This document shows, one piece after another, positions 1 through 9,829 of a stretch of DNA of 24,000 bases (its first letter is position 1; every line of letters begins with the position of its first letter). The notes under the pieces are model-generated. The model saw only the letters and a program-made list of their open reading frames with translations. It did not search any database and had not been told where the DNA came from. A program made the position numbers and the translations under genes. The stretch lies in contig NZ_JBHSAF010000015.1 in the NCBI RefSeq assembly GCF_042649925.1, forward strand, positions 264,075 through 288,074. The letters run 5' to 3'. The stretch comes from Pseudaeromonas sharmana. GTDB lineage: Bacteria; Pseudomonadota; Gammaproteobacteria; Enterobacterales; Aeromonadaceae.

Positions 1-889
1 CCAGTACATGGTGTAGAGCCTGGCTGAGTTCTGGAAAGGCGAATGTGAAGCCGGCCTCCTGCAGGCGCTGTGGGTAGACGGCCGGGCCGTTAATCAGCAA
101 GGCGGCACGTTCGCCCAGCAGGAGCCGTAGTAGCCAGGCCGGTGTCCACAGCCAATGTGGCCTCTGCACGCTGCGGGCGAGCTGGCGCGAAAAGTCCAAT
201 TGGCTGACCGGGTAGGGGGTGGTCAGGTTATAGGCGCCATGGCATTCGTGCCGGGTCAGCAGAAACTGGATGGCAGCGATCACATCGTCGATGGCAATCC
301 AGCTGATGAACTGTTTTCCGCTGCCGAGTTGGCTCCCCAGCCCCAGCCGGTACAATGGCAGCAGGCGCTGCAGCACGCCACCTTCCTTGCCTAGCACAAT
401 GCCCAACCGCAGCAAGCACACCCGGCACTGATGCTCCGCGGCCATGGTTGCCAACTGTTCCCAACGCTGACAGACCTGATGCGCGAAGTCAGGTTGTGCG
501 ACCGGGCTGTATTCATTCACGCCGTTGGCGTCGCTCTGGCCATAGAAGCCAATGGCCGAGGCATTAAGCCAGAGTCGGGGGCGGGGTTGGCTGACCGCAA
601 GCTTCTGCTGCAGCGCTTCTGTCAGCAGCCAGCGACTTTGGGCGATGCGCTCCTTATGGCGTGTTGTCCAGTAGCGATCGGCGATGGGTTCACCAGCCAG
701 ATTGATGATGACGTCAAATGCATCAAGGTTGTTCAGTTCATCCAGTCTTCTAACTTGGACCTGCTCGGCAAACAGGCGTTCGGCCTTGTCCCGTCGACGG
801 CTGATGACGGTAAGCTGATGCTCGGTACTCAGTGCTGCCACCAGATGCTGGCCAATAAAGCCGGTTGCGCCGGTTATCAGAATCTGCAT
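1..889 (-). CDS. yfcH: Epimerase family protein, YfcH-like (TIGR01777 / SDR39U1 type); 3' end runs off the left window edge
   Basis: This ORF is absent from the supplied track because it has no in-window stop. Reverse translation from ATG (complement of 887-889) gives MQILITGATGFIGQHLVAALSTEHQLTVISRRRDKAERLFAEQVQVRRLDELNNLDAFDVIINLAGEPIADRYWTT..., which has the Rossmann GxxGxxG motif and the 'INLAGEPIAD' block of E. coli YfcH. The frame stays open to position 2, reading ...GFTFAFPELSQALHHVL, which resembles the YfcH C-terminus. Only a few codons should be missing. Confidence 0.8.
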   Translation of the reverse strand, partial: MQILITGATGFIGQHLVAALSTEHQLTVISRRRDKAERLFAEQVQVRRLDELNNLDAFDVIINLAGEPIADRYWTTRHKERIAQSRWLLTEALQQKLAVSQPRPRLWLNASAIGFYGQSDANGVNEYSPVAQPDFAHQVCQRWEQLATMAAEHQCRVCLLRLGIVLGKEGGVLQRLLPLYRLGLGSQLGSGKQFISWIAIDDVIAAIQFLLTRHECHGAYNLTTPYPVSQLDFSRQLARSVQRPHWLWTPAWLLRLLLGERAALLINGPAVYPQRLQEAGFTFAFPELSQALHHVL

Positions 890-1200
890 CCCTGTTGCTC
901 CTGTAGATGACCCCGTGTGCTGATGATGAGTATGACAGCTTCCTGATCTTATCCCCAGATCCTGTGGGTAAGTTTGTAGATGACGCTTGGACTTCCTGCT
1001 GACAACCTGCGCGTGCACAAGCCTTGCGCATGCAGTTCGAGAGGGCGAATCGGAGGCTGTCGCCGGGAGTGGATGGTCGCCAGTGTGGCGGGCCGGCACT
1101 GAGCCGCGGCACCTTGCCGCTAGCCGGGTTGTGAGTCATCGGGCGATTATCTGTTTGCCGTGGCGGAGCGGATAGGGAACAGGCGCTGGCCCACAGACTA

Positions 1201-1228
1201 ATAAAAAAGGGAAGCCTGGGCTTCCCTT
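1201..1228 (-). terminator. Rho-independent terminator downstream of pta
   Basis: Stem GGGAAGC (1209-1215) pairs with GCTTCCC (1220-1226) around loop CTGG. An A-run at 1203-1208 becomes the U-tract on the minus strand. The hairpin lies about 20 nt after the pta stop. Confidence 0.8.
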
Positions 1229-1245
1229 CTGGACGTGAGCGAGGC

Positions 1246-3414
1246 TCAGGCTTGCGGCTGAGCGCCGGCTTGTTCGGCCTGAATCGCGGTCAGTGCAATG
1301 GTGTAGACGATGTCGTCAACCAGGGCACCGCGCGACAGGTCGTTAACCGGCTTGCGCATACCTTGCAGCATAGGGCCGATGGAGACCAGGTCTGCCGAGC
1401 GTTGCACCGCCTTGTAGGTGGTGTTACCGGTGTTCAAATCCGGGAAGATGAACACGGTAGCCTGACCGGCAACCGGTGAATTCGGTGCCTTGGACTGGGC
1501 GACATCGGCCATGATGGCGGCGTCGTATTGCAGCGGGCCGTCGATTACCAGATCCGGACGCTTCTCCTTGGCGATGCGGGTGGCCTCGCGGACCTTGTCG
1601 ACATCGGCGCCGGTGCCTGAGGTACCGGTGGAGTAGGAGATCATCGCAACGCGCGGCTCGATACCGAACGCGCTCGCGGAGTCGGCAGACTGGATGGCGA
1701 TTTCGGCCAGTTGCTCGGCATTCGGATCCGGGTTGATCGCGCAGTCGCCGTAGACCAGCACCTGATCCGGCAGCAGCATGAAGAACACCGAGGAGACCAG
1801 GGATGAGCCTGGGGCTGTCTTGATGATCTGCAGTGGCGGACGAATGGTGTTGGCGGTGGTGTGCACAGCACCGGATACCAGACCATCGACTTCGTTGCGC
1901 TCCAGCATCATGGTGCCGAGTACGACGTTGTCTTCGAGCTGTTCACGGGCGACGACCTCGGTGATGCCCTTGGCCTTGCGCAGCTCGACCAGACGCGGCA
2001 CATAGCGTTCGCGAGCGACTGCCGGATCGATGATCTCGACACGATCATTCAGCACCACGCCCTGTTGTTCGGCGACGCGACGGATTTCATCCGGGTTGCC
2101 CAGCAACACTGGACGGGCAATTCCGCGTTCGGCACAGATGGCGGCGGCCTTGACGGTACGCGGCTCGTCACCTTCCGGCAGCACGATACGCTTGTTGGCG
2201 TGGCGGGCCAGCTCGGTCAGCTGGTAACGGAACGCCGGCGGGCTCAGCCGACGGGTGCGGCTGGAGGCGGCGGTCAATGTTTCCAGCCAGTGCTTGTCGA
2301 TATGACCGGCGACATAGTCCTGGACCATCTCGATGCGCTCGATATCGTCGGCCGGGATCTCCAGGTTGAAGTTCTGCAAGCTGACGGCGGTCTGCCAGGT
2401 GTTGGTGGTGATCATCATGATCGGCAGACCGGTCTGCATCGCCTGTTGGCACAGCGCCATCACCTGCGGTTCCGGATGGTAGTTGCCGGTCAGCAGCAGG
2501 GCACCCAGCTTGACGCCGTTCATCGCCGCCAGACAGGCGGAGACGATGACATCAGAGCGGTCGCCAGAGGTGACCAGCAGGCTGCCAGGGCGGAAGTGCT
2601 CGACCATGTTATGGATGGAGCGGGCGCAGAACGTCACCTGATGCAGGCGGCGTTGTTCCAGCTCACCACGGTTGAGGATCTCGGCGCCGAGGTGGGCCGC
2701 CAGATCCTTGGCACGCGGGGCGATGAGCTGGGTGTTCCACGGAATGCAGCCGAGAATGCGCAGCGGGCTCTTGCCGAAGAATTGCAGCACTTCCAGATTG
2801 TTGGCCATGTCGCCGGAGCTGTGATGCGCTTCGAACATCTCGGTCAAATCCGGACGGGTGATGCCGTGTTCGTCAACCGGCGCACCAACCTTGTTGATGA
2901 TACAGCCGACGATGCGCTTGTTGTTGACGCCGCCGAAGTTGGAGCACGCCAGTTCGATGCGCTCCTTGAGCTTCTGGCTGGAATCGTTACCAGGGTGGGT
3001 AACAAACACCATGTCGGCGTCCAGTGCGCTGGCAATCTCATAATTGAGCTTGTTGGCGAAAGGTTGCTTGTCGACCGGGACCAGGCCCTCGACCACCACC
3101 ACTTCGGCGCCACTCTCTTTCACATGCTTTTCATACAGGGCAACAATTTCTTCCAGCAGCACAGCGGTGTTGCCGGTGGAGATCATGTTTTCTGCATAGT
3201 GCAGGGAGAGCGGTTCGGGAGGGGTGATGTTGGAGCCGGCGCGGATGACGGCGGTAGAAGCTTCTGGACCTGAGTGTGCGGGTTTCGGTTGGGAGACCGG
3301 TTTGAAGAAGCTGACGTTCACCCCGTGTCGTTCCATCGCTCGGACCATGCCGAGGCTGACAGAGGTGACGCCTACACCGGATCCAATCGGGATAAGCATG
3401 ATAGTGCGTGCCAC
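1246..3414 (-). CDS. pta: Phosphate acetyltransferase (full-length Pta, 722 aa: N-terminal regulatory domains plus PTA_PTB)
   Basis: The N-terminus (M)[42 protein letters not shown] matches E. coli Pta [31 protein letters not shown]... The length is similar and it sits directly downstream of ackA. The start codon is GTG (complement of 3412-3414), preceded by AGGGGA at 7 nt spacing. Confidence 0.97.
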   Translation of the reverse strand: MARTIMLIPIGSGVGVTSVSLGMVRAMERHGVNVSFFKPVSQPKPAHSGPEASTAVIRAGSNITPPEPLSLHYAENMISTGNTAVLLEEIVALYEKHVKESGAEVVVVEGLVPVDKQPFANKLNYEIASALDADMVFVTHPGNDSSQKLKERIELACSNFGGVNNKRIVGCIINKVGAPVDEHGITRPDLTEMFEAHHSSGDMANNLEVLQFFGKSPLRILGCIPWNTQLIAPRAKDLAAHLGAEILNRGELEQRRLHQVTFCARSIHNMVEHFRPGSLLVTSGDRSDVIVSACLAAMNGVKLGALLLTGNYHPEPQVMALCQQAMQTGLPIMMITTNTWQTAVSLQNFNLEIPADDIERIEMVQDYVAGHIDKHWLETLTAASSRTRRLSPPAFRYQLTELARHANKRIVLPEGDEPRTVKAAAICAERGIARPVLLGNPDEIRRVAEQQGVVLNDRVEIIDPAVARERYVPRLVELRKAKGITEVVAREQLEDNVVLGTMMLERNEVDGLVSGAVHTTANTIRPPLQIIKTAPGSSLVSSVFFMLLPDQVLVYGDCAINPDPNAEQLAEIAIQSADSASAFGIEPRVAMISYSTGTSGTGADVDKVREATRIAKEKRPDLVIDGPLQYDAAIMADVAQSKAPNSPVAGQATVFIFPDLNTGNTTYKAVQRSADLVSIGPMLQGMRKPVNDLSRGALVDDIVYTIALTAIQAEQAGAQPQA

Positions 3415-3451
3415 TGGAGTATCCCCTAAATTGAAGTACAGTTGGCTGATT

Positions 3452-3476
3452 AAAAAAGGCTGCCTAGGGCAGCCTT
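3452..3476 (-). terminator. Terminator-like hairpin between ackA and pta (possible partial terminator or attenuator)
   Basis: GGCTGCC (3458-3464) pairs with GGCAGCC (3468-3474), extended by AA/TT. On the minus strand the hairpin is followed by TTTTTTAAT. It lies 21 nt after the ackA stop and 41 nt before the pta GTG. Confidence 0.6.
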
Positions 3477-3496
3477 GCTATTGTACCTGGTCTGAA

Positions 3497-4696
3497 TCAG
3501 GCTTCCACCAATTCCAGCGCATCGTGGGCAATTACCCACTCCTCATTGGTCGGGATCACCATGGCGACGGTGCTGCCGGCTGCGGTGATGATGCCCTGAC
3601 CGCCGAAACGCGCCTTCAGGTTGGCAGCTGCATCGACCTTGAAACCGAGCAGTGACAAGCGATTCAGCGTCATCTCCCGGATCGGGGCCGAGTTCTCACC
3701 GATACCGCCGGTGAAAACCACGGCATCCAGGCGGCCATCCAGCGCGGCGACATAACTGCCGATGTATTTGGCCAGTCGGTAGCAATAGATATCCATCGCG
3801 CGCTTGGCGGCGGCGTCGGTATCGTAGTTATCTTCGACGAAACGGCAATCGCTGGTCACTTCGGTCAGCCCCAGCAGACCGGACTCTTTGGTCAGCATGG
3901 TGTTGATGTCGGCCAGGCTCATGCCGAGGGCATCGTGCAGGTGGAAGATGATGGCTGGGTCGATATCGCCGCAGCGCGTGCCCATCACCAGACCTTCCAG
4001 CGGCGTCATCCCCATGGAGGTGTCCACAGACTGACCATTCTTGATCGCGCAGACAGAACCACCGTTACCGAGGTGACAGTTGATGATGTTCAGTTCGCTG
4101 ACCGGCTTGCCGAGGACTTCGGCGGCCTGCAGGCTGATGTAGTAGTGGCTGGTGCCGTGCATGCCGTAGCGACGGATGCCATTTTGCTTGTACATCTGAT
4201 ACGGCAGCGCATACAGGTAGGCGTGTTCCGGCATCGTCTGGTGGAAGGCGGTATCGAATACGGCAACGTTCGGCAGCCCAGGGAAAGCGTGCTGAGCGGC
4301 CTTGATGCCAACCAGGTGTGCCGGATTGTGCAGCGGCGCCAGGGTGGCGCAGTCGGCGATGCCTTGAATCACTTCATCGGTGATCACCACGGAGCGGGTG
4401 AACTTTTCGCCGCCGTGTACGACACGGTGGCCGATGGCAAACAGGTTCTCTGCCAGCTCGGGTTTGCTGGCCAGGATGGTGTGCACTATGTAATCCAGTG
4501 CTTCCTCATGGGCGGCACCGGCGCCCAGATCGGCGGCGCCCTTGTTGCCATCCAGCTTCCACTTGATACGGGCTTCGGTCAGGTGCAGGCACTCGGCCAG
4601 ACCAGACAGCTTTTCGTCACCATCTACGGCATCGATCACGGCAAACTTCAGGGACGAACTGCCACAGTTAAGAACAAGAACCAGCTTGCTGCTCAT
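3497..4696 (-). CDS. ackA: Acetate kinase
   Basis: [50 protein letters not shown] is near-identical to the E. coli AckA N-terminus ([50 protein letters not shown]). Length is 399 aa and the gene is adjacent to pta. Confidence 0.97.
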   Translation of the reverse strand: MSSKLVLVLNCGSSSLKFAVIDAVDGDEKLSGLAECLHLTEARIKWKLDGNKGAADLGAGAAHEEALDYIVHTILASKPELAENLFAIGHRVVHGGEKFTRSVVITDEVIQGIADCATLAPLHNPAHLVGIKAAQHAFPGLPNVAVFDTAFHQTMPEHAYLYALPYQMYKQNGIRRYGMHGTSHYYISLQAAEVLGKPVSELNIINCHLGNGGSVCAIKNGQSVDTSMGMTPLEGLVMGTRCGDIDPAIIFHLHDALGMSLADINTMLTKESGLLGLTEVTSDCRFVEDNYDTDAAAKRAMDIYCYRLAKYIGSYVAALDGRLDAVVFTGGIGENSAPIREMTLNRLSLLGFKVDAAANLKARFGGQGIITAAGSTVAMVIPTNEEWVIAHDALELVEA

Positions 4697-4923
4697 TCGT
4701 AGTAAATCCTATCTATCTTTTTTGGGTTTACTGCGTGGAATGGGTAGTTTTCCAGCAGAGTTAACGTATGCTTACATTAAAGGTGCTGTCAGCCGTCCGG
4801 CTTGGAAGACGTCTGCTCAGCCTCAGCATGTAGCTTTTGAGGCTCGACAAGGCGAAAATGCCGGGTTAAAAATCAAGCGCGGCAAGAATACAGATGTCGG
4901 ATAAAAATAACAAAAAAATATTG

Positions 4924-4951
4924 TTACAAAGCATGTAACCATTTTCATAAT
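4924..4951 (+). promoter_or_regulatory. Candidate sigma70 promoter for yfbV
   Basis: TTACAA (4924-4929), a 16 nt spacer, then CATAAT (4946-4951). The predicted transcription start near 4958 fits the ATG at 4979 with its GGAGG Shine-Dalgarno (4966-4970), and argues against the upstream GTG at 4952. Confidence 0.35.
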
Positions 4952-4978
4952 GTGGTTATTTGGGCGGAGGTAGTGAAT

Positions 4979-5401
4979 ATGACTTTATTCTATAAAAAGA
5001 TACATTTGGGACATGTTTACATGCAGTTATGGCCTCGAGATAAGACGCTGGCTGCCATGTTTCCTGAGAACCGGATTATCACCGCCGTAGAGTTTGCGAT
5101 TCGTTGGTTGCCAGTACTGATAGTGATGAGTTTGGCCTCGCAGTTTTTGCTCGGTGCGGCAACGTTTTGGCCGGTCGTGATGGCCTCGGTATTTTTTATG
5201 CTCAGCCTGCCATTACAGGGTTACTATTGGCTCGGTCAGCGTGCCGAAACACGTTTGCCGCCGTCATTAAGCAAGTGGTATGTCGACATCAACAACAAGT
5301 TGGGGCAGCAGCATCTGGTGCGACAACCACGATACCTGGAGTTGGCAGAGACGCTGAACCGGGCATTCCGGCAACTCGACAAGTCTTTCATCCTCGACTA
5401 G
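4979..5401 (+). CDS. yfbV: UPF0208 inner-membrane protein YfbV
   Basis: WPRDKTLAAMFPENRIITAVEFAIRWLP...LSLPLQGYYWLGQRAETRLPPSL...LAETLNRAFRQLDKSFILD matches E. coli YfbV blocks (FPENRVIKATRFAIRFMP, LSLPMQGLWWLGKRS, LADTLKRAFKQLDKTFL). The conserved divergent position next to ackA also holds. I chose the ATG at 4979 (GGAGG 8 nt upstream) over the track's GTG at 4952. Confidence 0.85.
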   Translation: MTLFYKKIHLGHVYMQLWPRDKTLAAMFPENRIITAVEFAIRWLPVLIVMSLASQFLLGAATFWPVVMASVFFMLSLPLQGYYWLGQRAETRLPPSLSKWYVDINNKLGQQHLVRQPRYLELAETLNRAFRQLDKSFILD

Positions 5402-5423
5402 CGGGTCTTGTTGCAGCCTAATG

Positions 5424-5455
5424 ACAACAAAGCCACCGCAAGGTGGCTTTGTTGT
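5424..5455. terminator. Shared (bidirectional) terminator hairpin between convergent yfbV and pflA
   Basis: A perfect 14 bp stem, ACAACAAAGCCACC (5424-5437) pairing with GGTGGCTTTGTTGT (5442-5455), around loop GCAA. A/T-rich stem ends give U-runs in both directions. Confidence 0.75.
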
Positions 5456-5464
5456 CTGAGGTCA

Positions 5465-6223
5465 TCAGTAACAGACGTTGCTGTGATAACGACTGATGAT
5501 GCCCTTGATGATGTCCATCTTCTCTTTTTTCGGAGGATGGATGTCGCCGAGCATGTATTTTTCGCCCATGGCTTCCCATTTGTGCTTGCCCAACTCGTGA
5601 TAAGGCAGCAATTCCACCTTTTCAACCGCACCGTTTAACTCGTCGTGAATAAAACGGCCGAGCGCTTCGGCCCCTGCCTCATCGTCCGACCAGGAGGGAA
5701 CCACGACATAACGGATCCACATCTTTTTGCCTTTCTTCGCCAGATAACGCGCAAAGTCGAGACAATATTTATTACTGACGTGGGTGAGGGGAATATGCAC
5801 CTCGTCATTCATGTGTTTGATATCCAGCAACACCAGATCGGTAACATCCAGCAGTGCATCGAGTGCCTGATCGTAATGGCGCACGAAGCCATTGGTGTCC
5901 AGACAGGTGTGGATGCCCTTTTCTTTACACGCCTGGAACAGCTCGGTCACAAACTCTTTTTGTAACGTTGCTTCACCACCGGAAGCGGTGACCCCTCCAC
6001 CGGAGGCGTTCATGAAATGACGGTAGGTCAACAGATCCTTCATCAGTTCATCGACGGTAACTTCACGACCACCGTCGGTATCCCAGGTGTCGCGATTGTG
6101 GCAATACAGGCAGCGCATCAGACAGCCTTGCATGAAGACGATGAAGCGGATGCCGGGTCCATCGACGGTACCGCAGGTTTCAATCGAGTGGATTCGCCCC
6201 TTGATAGGCGCCTCATTAGTCAT
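5465..6223 (-). CDS. pflA: Pyruvate formate-lyase activating enzyme (radical SAM)
   Basis: [40 protein letters not shown] matches E. coli PflA, including the CxxxCxxC cluster motif. The C-terminal [12 protein letters not shown] block is conserved. The start is set at the second ATG (complement of 6221-6223, GGAG 7 nt upstream), which matches the E. coli N-terminus length. The track start at 6244 is the alternative. Confidence 0.93.
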   Translation of the reverse strand: MTNEAPIKGRIHSIETCGTVDGPGIRFIVFMQGCLMRCLYCHNRDTWDTDGGREVTVDELMKDLLTYRHFMNASGGGVTASGGEATLQKEFVTELFQACKEKGIHTCLDTNGFVRHYDQALDALLDVTDLVLLDIKHMNDEVHIPLTHVSNKYCLDFARYLAKKGKKMWIRYVVVPSWSDDEAGAEALGRFIHDELNGAVEKVELLPYHELGKHKWEAMGEKYMLGDIHPPKKEKMDIIKGIISRYHSNVCY

Positions 6224-6331
6224 AGCTGGGCTCCAAACATTCATTTTGCTTCTATTTTAAAGGATTTACGTGCTGAGGGCATGGTTTTTAGTCCGCACGC
6301 AGTCTGGTTCCATTCTAGCCGAGCAGGCAAT

Positions 6332-6359
6332 AAAAAACCCCCGCATAGGCGGGGGTTTT
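6332..6359 (-). terminator. Rho-independent terminator of pflB
   Basis: CCCCCGC (6338-6344) pairs with GCGGGGG (6349-6355) around loop ATAG. Flanking A- and T-runs give TTTTTTATT on the minus strand. The hairpin lies 18 nt after the pflB stop. Confidence 0.85.
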
Positions 6360-6376
6360 GTCGGCAACCGCAGGGA

Positions 6377-8659
6377 TTACATGGACTGAGTGAAAGTCCG
6401 GGTAATAACGTCCTGTTGTTGCTCCTTGGTCAGCGAGTTGAAGCGAACAGCATAGCCAGATACGCGGATGGTCAACTGCGGATACTTCTCCGGGTTTTCC
6501 ATGGCGTCGAGCAGCATTTCGCGGTTCATAACGTTGACGTTCAGGTGTTGGCCACCTTCGATGTTGGATTCGTGGTGGAAGTAACCATCCATCAGACCCA
6601 CCAGGTTTGCCTTCTGAGCATCCGCTTCCTTACCCAGTGCGTTTGGCACGATGGAGAAGGTGTAGGAGATACCATCTTTGGCATAGGCGAACGGCAGCTT
6701 GGCTACGGAGGTCAGAGAGGCAACCGCACCCTTCTGGTCACGACCGTGCATCGGGTTGGCACCCGGGCCAAACGGTGCACCAGCGCGACGGCCATCCGGA
6801 GTGTTACCGGTCTTCTTACCATATACCACGTTAGAGGTGATGGTCAGAACAGACTGGGTCGGGATAGCGTTGCGATAGGTCTTGTGGGTAGCGATCTTCT
6901 TCATGAAGCGCTCAACCAGATCACAGGCAATGGTGTCAACGCGCTCGTCGTTGTTACCAAACTGCGGGTATTCGCCTTCAATTTCGAAGTCGATAGCCAG
7001 GCCATCTTCGTCACGAATCGGCTTGACCTTGGCGTACTTGATGGCAGACAGGGAGTCGGCGGTCACAGACAGACCAGCGATACCACAGGCCATGGTACGA
7101 ATGACATCGCGATCGTGCAGCGCCATCTGAATGGCTTCATAGCTGTACTTGTCGTGCATGTAGTGGATGATGTTCAGGGCGGTGACATACTGGGTAGCCA
7201 GCCAATCCATGAAGTGATCCAGACGATCCATGACTTCATCGTAGTTCAGGACATCGCCCTGAATCGGTGCAGTCTTCGGACCAACTTGGATTTTCAGCTT
7301 TTCGTCCACGCCGCCGTTGATGGCGTACAGCATGGTCTTGGCCAGGTTGGCACGAGCACCGAAGAACTGCATCATCTTGCCGACGATCATCGGGGAGACG
7401 CAGCAGGCGATGGCGTAGTCATCGTTGTTGAAGTCGGCACGCATCAGATCGTCGTTTTCGTACTGAACGGAAGACGTGTCGATAGAGACCTTGGCACAGA
7501 ACTTCTTGAAGCCGACCGGCAGCTTTTCAGACCACAGGATGGTCATGTTTGGCTCTGGGGACGGGCCCATGGTGTACATGGTGTTCAGGTAACGGAAGGC
7601 GTTCTTGGTCACCAGAGTACGACCGTCTACGCCCATACCGCCGATGGATTCGGTTGCCCAAATCGGATCGCCTGAGAACAGGGTATCGTATTCCGGGGTA
7701 CGCAGGAAACGCACCATGCGCAGCTTCATGACCAGGTGGTCAATGATTTCCTGAGCTTGTTGCTCGGTGATCAGACCCTTCTTCAGATCGCGTTCGAAGT
7801 AAACGTCGAGGAAGGTTGCAGTACGGCCGAAGGACATTGCAGCACCATTCTGGGACTTAGCTGCCCCCAGGTAACCGAAGTAGGTCCATTGTACGGCTTC
7901 TTGCGCGGTGGTTGCCGGACCGGAGATGTCACAACCGTACTTGGCAGCCATTTCTTTCAGCTGACCCAGAGCACGGTGTTGTTCACAGATCTCTTCACGT
8001 AGACGGATGGTGGCTTCCAGATCCTCACCTGCTTCCAGCTTGGCTTGCAGGGACTTGAACTGGGCCAGCTTGTCGGCCATCAGGAAGTCGACACCGTACA
8101 GGGCGACGCGACGATAGTCACCGATGATACGACCACGGCCATAAGCATCAGGCAGACCGGTGATGACACCGGACTTACGGCAGTTCAGGATGTCCTTGGT
8201 GTAGACATCAAACACGCCTTGGTTGTGGGTCTTGCGGTAGTCGGTGAAGATTTGCTTCAGCTTCGGATCCAGCGTGCGGCCATAGACCTGACAGGAACCT
8301 TCAACCATCTTGATGCCGCCAAACGGGATGATGGCGCGCTTCAGCGGCTTGTCAGTTTGCAGACCGACGATCTTTTCCAGACCCTGCTCGATGTAGCCAG
8401 CGTCGTGAGCCGTGATGGTGGAGGCCAGATCGGTGTCAAAATCAACTGGAGCGTGAGTGCGGTTCTCTTCCTTGATACCTTCCATCACCTTGTTCCACAG
8501 GGTGGTGGTGGCTTCGGTGGCGCCAGCCAGGAAGGATTCGTCACCTTCGTACGGGGTGTAGTTCTTCTGAATGAAGTCACGGGTATTGACTTCAGACTGC
8601 CAGGCTCCGGGTACGAAGCCTTCCCACGCGCTCAGAAACTTGTCGTTAAGCTCTGTCAT
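6377..8659 (-). CDS. pflB: Pyruvate formate-lyase (formate C-acetyltransferase), glycyl radical enzyme
   Basis: At 760 aa it is colinear with E. coli PflB over the whole length. The active-site IACCVSPM block and the C-terminal glycyl-radical motif [31 protein letters not shown] are identical to E. coli. Confidence 0.98.
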   Translation of the reverse strand: MTELNDKFLSAWEGFVPGAWQSEVNTRDFIQKNYTPYEGDESFLAGATEATTTLWNKVMEGIKEENRTHAPVDFDTDLASTITAHDAGYIEQGLEKIVGLQTDKPLKRAIIPFGGIKMVEGSCQVYGRTLDPKLKQIFTDYRKTHNQGVFDVYTKDILNCRKSGVITGLPDAYGRGRIIGDYRRVALYGVDFLMADKLAQFKSLQAKLEAGEDLEATIRLREEICEQHRALGQLKEMAAKYGCDISGPATTAQEAVQWTYFGYLGAAKSQNGAAMSFGRTATFLDVYFERDLKKGLITEQQAQEIIDHLVMKLRMVRFLRTPEYDTLFSGDPIWATESIGGMGVDGRTLVTKNAFRYLNTMYTMGPSPEPNMTILWSEKLPVGFKKFCAKVSIDTSSVQYENDDLMRADFNNDDYAIACCVSPMIVGKMMQFFGARANLAKTMLYAINGGVDEKLKIQVGPKTAPIQGDVLNYDEVMDRLDHFMDWLATQYVTALNIIHYMHDKYSYEAIQMALHDRDVIRTMACGIAGLSVTADSLSAIKYAKVKPIRDEDGLAIDFEIEGEYPQFGNNDERVDTIACDLVERFMKKIATHKTYRNAIPTQSVLTITSNVVYGKKTGNTPDGRRAGAPFGPGANPMHGRDQKGAVASLTSVAKLPFAYAKDGISYTFSIVPNALGKEADAQKANLVGLMDGYFHHESNIEGGQHLNVNVMNREMLLDAMENPEKYPQLTIRVSGYAVRFNSLTKEQQQDVITRTFTQSM

Positions 8660-8703
8660 GTTTCATTACCTCTTCGGTATTGATGATCCAAGCTCCCCCG
8701 CCA

Positions 8704-9534
8704 TCAGTGGTGGCGACGGAAAATAAACCAGTAGGTCAAACCAATCATACCACCACCACCGATGATGTTGCCGATGGTGACAGGAATCAGATTATTGACG
8801 ATGAAATGGCCAAGCGTCAGATCGGCATACTTGGCCGGATCCATCGCGATGGCTTGCCAGAATTCCGGACCGGCGAAGGTTTGAATCGCGATGCCGACCG
8901 GAATCATAAACATGTTGGCGATACTGTGCTCAAAGCCGGAGGCCACGAACATGGCAACCGGCAGCACCATGATCAGCGCCTTGTCGGTCATGGTGCGTCC
9001 GCCAAAAGCCATCCAGGCGGCCAGGCAGACCATCAGATTACACAGGATACCCAGCGCTACCGCTTCTACAAAAGTATGGTGAATCTTGTGCTGTGCCACG
9101 TTCAACGCAGTCAAACCCCATTGACCATTGCCTGAGGTGTACTCGCTACTCAGCATGATCAGGGCAACCATAATCAGGCCGCCAACCAGGTTACCGAAAT
9201 AGACGATGACCCAGTTCTTCAGCATTTGTCCCCAGGTGATGCGATTGGCCGCGCGGGCTACCAGCGTCAGCGTGGTGGAGGTAAACAACTCACCGCCCAG
9301 AATCACACACAGGATCAGGCCGAGAGAGAAGCAGACCGCACCGGCGAACTTGCTGCCCCCTTGAGAGACGACTGTGATGTAGAAGATGAAGGCGATGGCG
9401 ATGAAAGCGCCGGCGGTGATGGCCAGCAGGAAGGTTTTGGCGGCAGGCTTGGTGGCTTTGCCATAGGTGATGTCTTCAGCAACAGCGGCGATGGCTTCGG
9501 GCTTCAGACAATCGAATGGAGATTCAACTTTCAC
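8704..9534 (-). CDS. focA: Formate channel FocA (FNT family)
   Basis: FSLGLILCV, HHTFVEAVALGILCNLMVCLA, MVLPVAMFVASGFEHSIANMFMIP and NLIPVTIGNIIGGG match E. coli FocA. The gene sits immediately upstream of pflB, as in enterics. Confidence 0.95.
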   Translation of the reverse strand: MKVESPFDCLKPEAIAAVAEDITYGKATKPAAKTFLLAITAGAFIAIAFIFYITVVSQGGSKFAGAVCFSLGLILCVILGGELFTSTTLTLVARAANRITWGQMLKNWVIVYFGNLVGGLIMVALIMLSSEYTSGNGQWGLTALNVAQHKIHHTFVEAVALGILCNLMVCLAAWMAFGGRTMTDKALIMVLPVAMFVASGFEHSIANMFMIPVGIAIQTFAGPEFWQAIAMDPAKYADLTLGHFIVNNLIPVTIGNIIGGGGMIGLTYWFIFRRHH

Positions 9535-9597
9535 GTGAGTGGCACCCTGTTTGTCATTTTACTTTCGTAATCATAGCAACAAAGATGGTGGTCAAAT

Positions 9598-9611
9598 TTG
9601 CCTTGGATCAA
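9598..9611. promoter_or_regulatory. Candidate FNR/CRP-family site upstream of focA
   Basis: TTGCC-TTGG-ATCAA compared with the FNR consensus TTGAT-N4-ATCAA: one perfect half-site and one 3/5 half-site. It lies 64-77 nt upstream of the focA ATG. E. coli focA-pflB is known to be FNR-activated. This is a motif match only. Confidence 0.3.
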
Positions 9612-9787
9612 TTTCGACCAGTCAGTTTTGTAATTTTACTACATCATGAATCACAGATTTCTCGTGAATGCGACCCGCTATCTGCCGAATGCCGAGCGGC
9701 GATGACATGACTTTGCTGTCGCCAGTGCTCGTAAAATAACCACTGGCCTCACTATAGACTCCTAAAGCTGGATAATAAATGGTGCAA

Positions 9788-9814
9788 ATAAAAAGCCCTC
9801 ATTAATGAGGGCTT
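9788..9814 (-). terminator. Rho-independent terminator of ycaO
   Basis: AAGCCCTCAT (9793-9802) pairs with ATGAGGGCTT (9805-9814); the effective stem is GCCCTC/GAGGGC. On the minus strand it is followed by TTTTTATTT. It lies 15 nt after the ycaO stop. Confidence 0.75.
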
Positions 9815-9829
9815 GGCGTGAACAGATAT

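Noticed and set aside
1861-3273. A 470 aa ORF on the plus strand, with similar long antisense ORFs at 3935-4702 (plus), 6017-7675 (plus), 8045-8683 (plus) and 13983-14819 (minus).
   Set aside because: Each lies fully antisense to a gene with strong end-to-end homology (pta, ackA, pflB, pflB and the M20 homolog). Their translations are low-complexity, Gly/Arg/Asp/Val/His-rich shadow frames typical of GC-rich coding DNA. None has a recognisable motif or Shine-Dalgarno.
4952-4978. Track start codons that extend ORFs upstream: GTG 4952 for yfbV, GTG 18060 for hisM, ATG 13949 for lysO, ATG 11668 for ycaO and ATG 6244 for pflA.
   Set aside because: The extensions have no counterpart in the remembered E. 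coli homologs. For yfbV and pflA the downstream ATG has the better Shine-Dalgarno (GGAGG and GGAG). For hisM the extension would overlap the hisQ 3' end by 37 nt, while the ATG at 18105 follows it by 9 nt. The extended starts remain possible alternatives.
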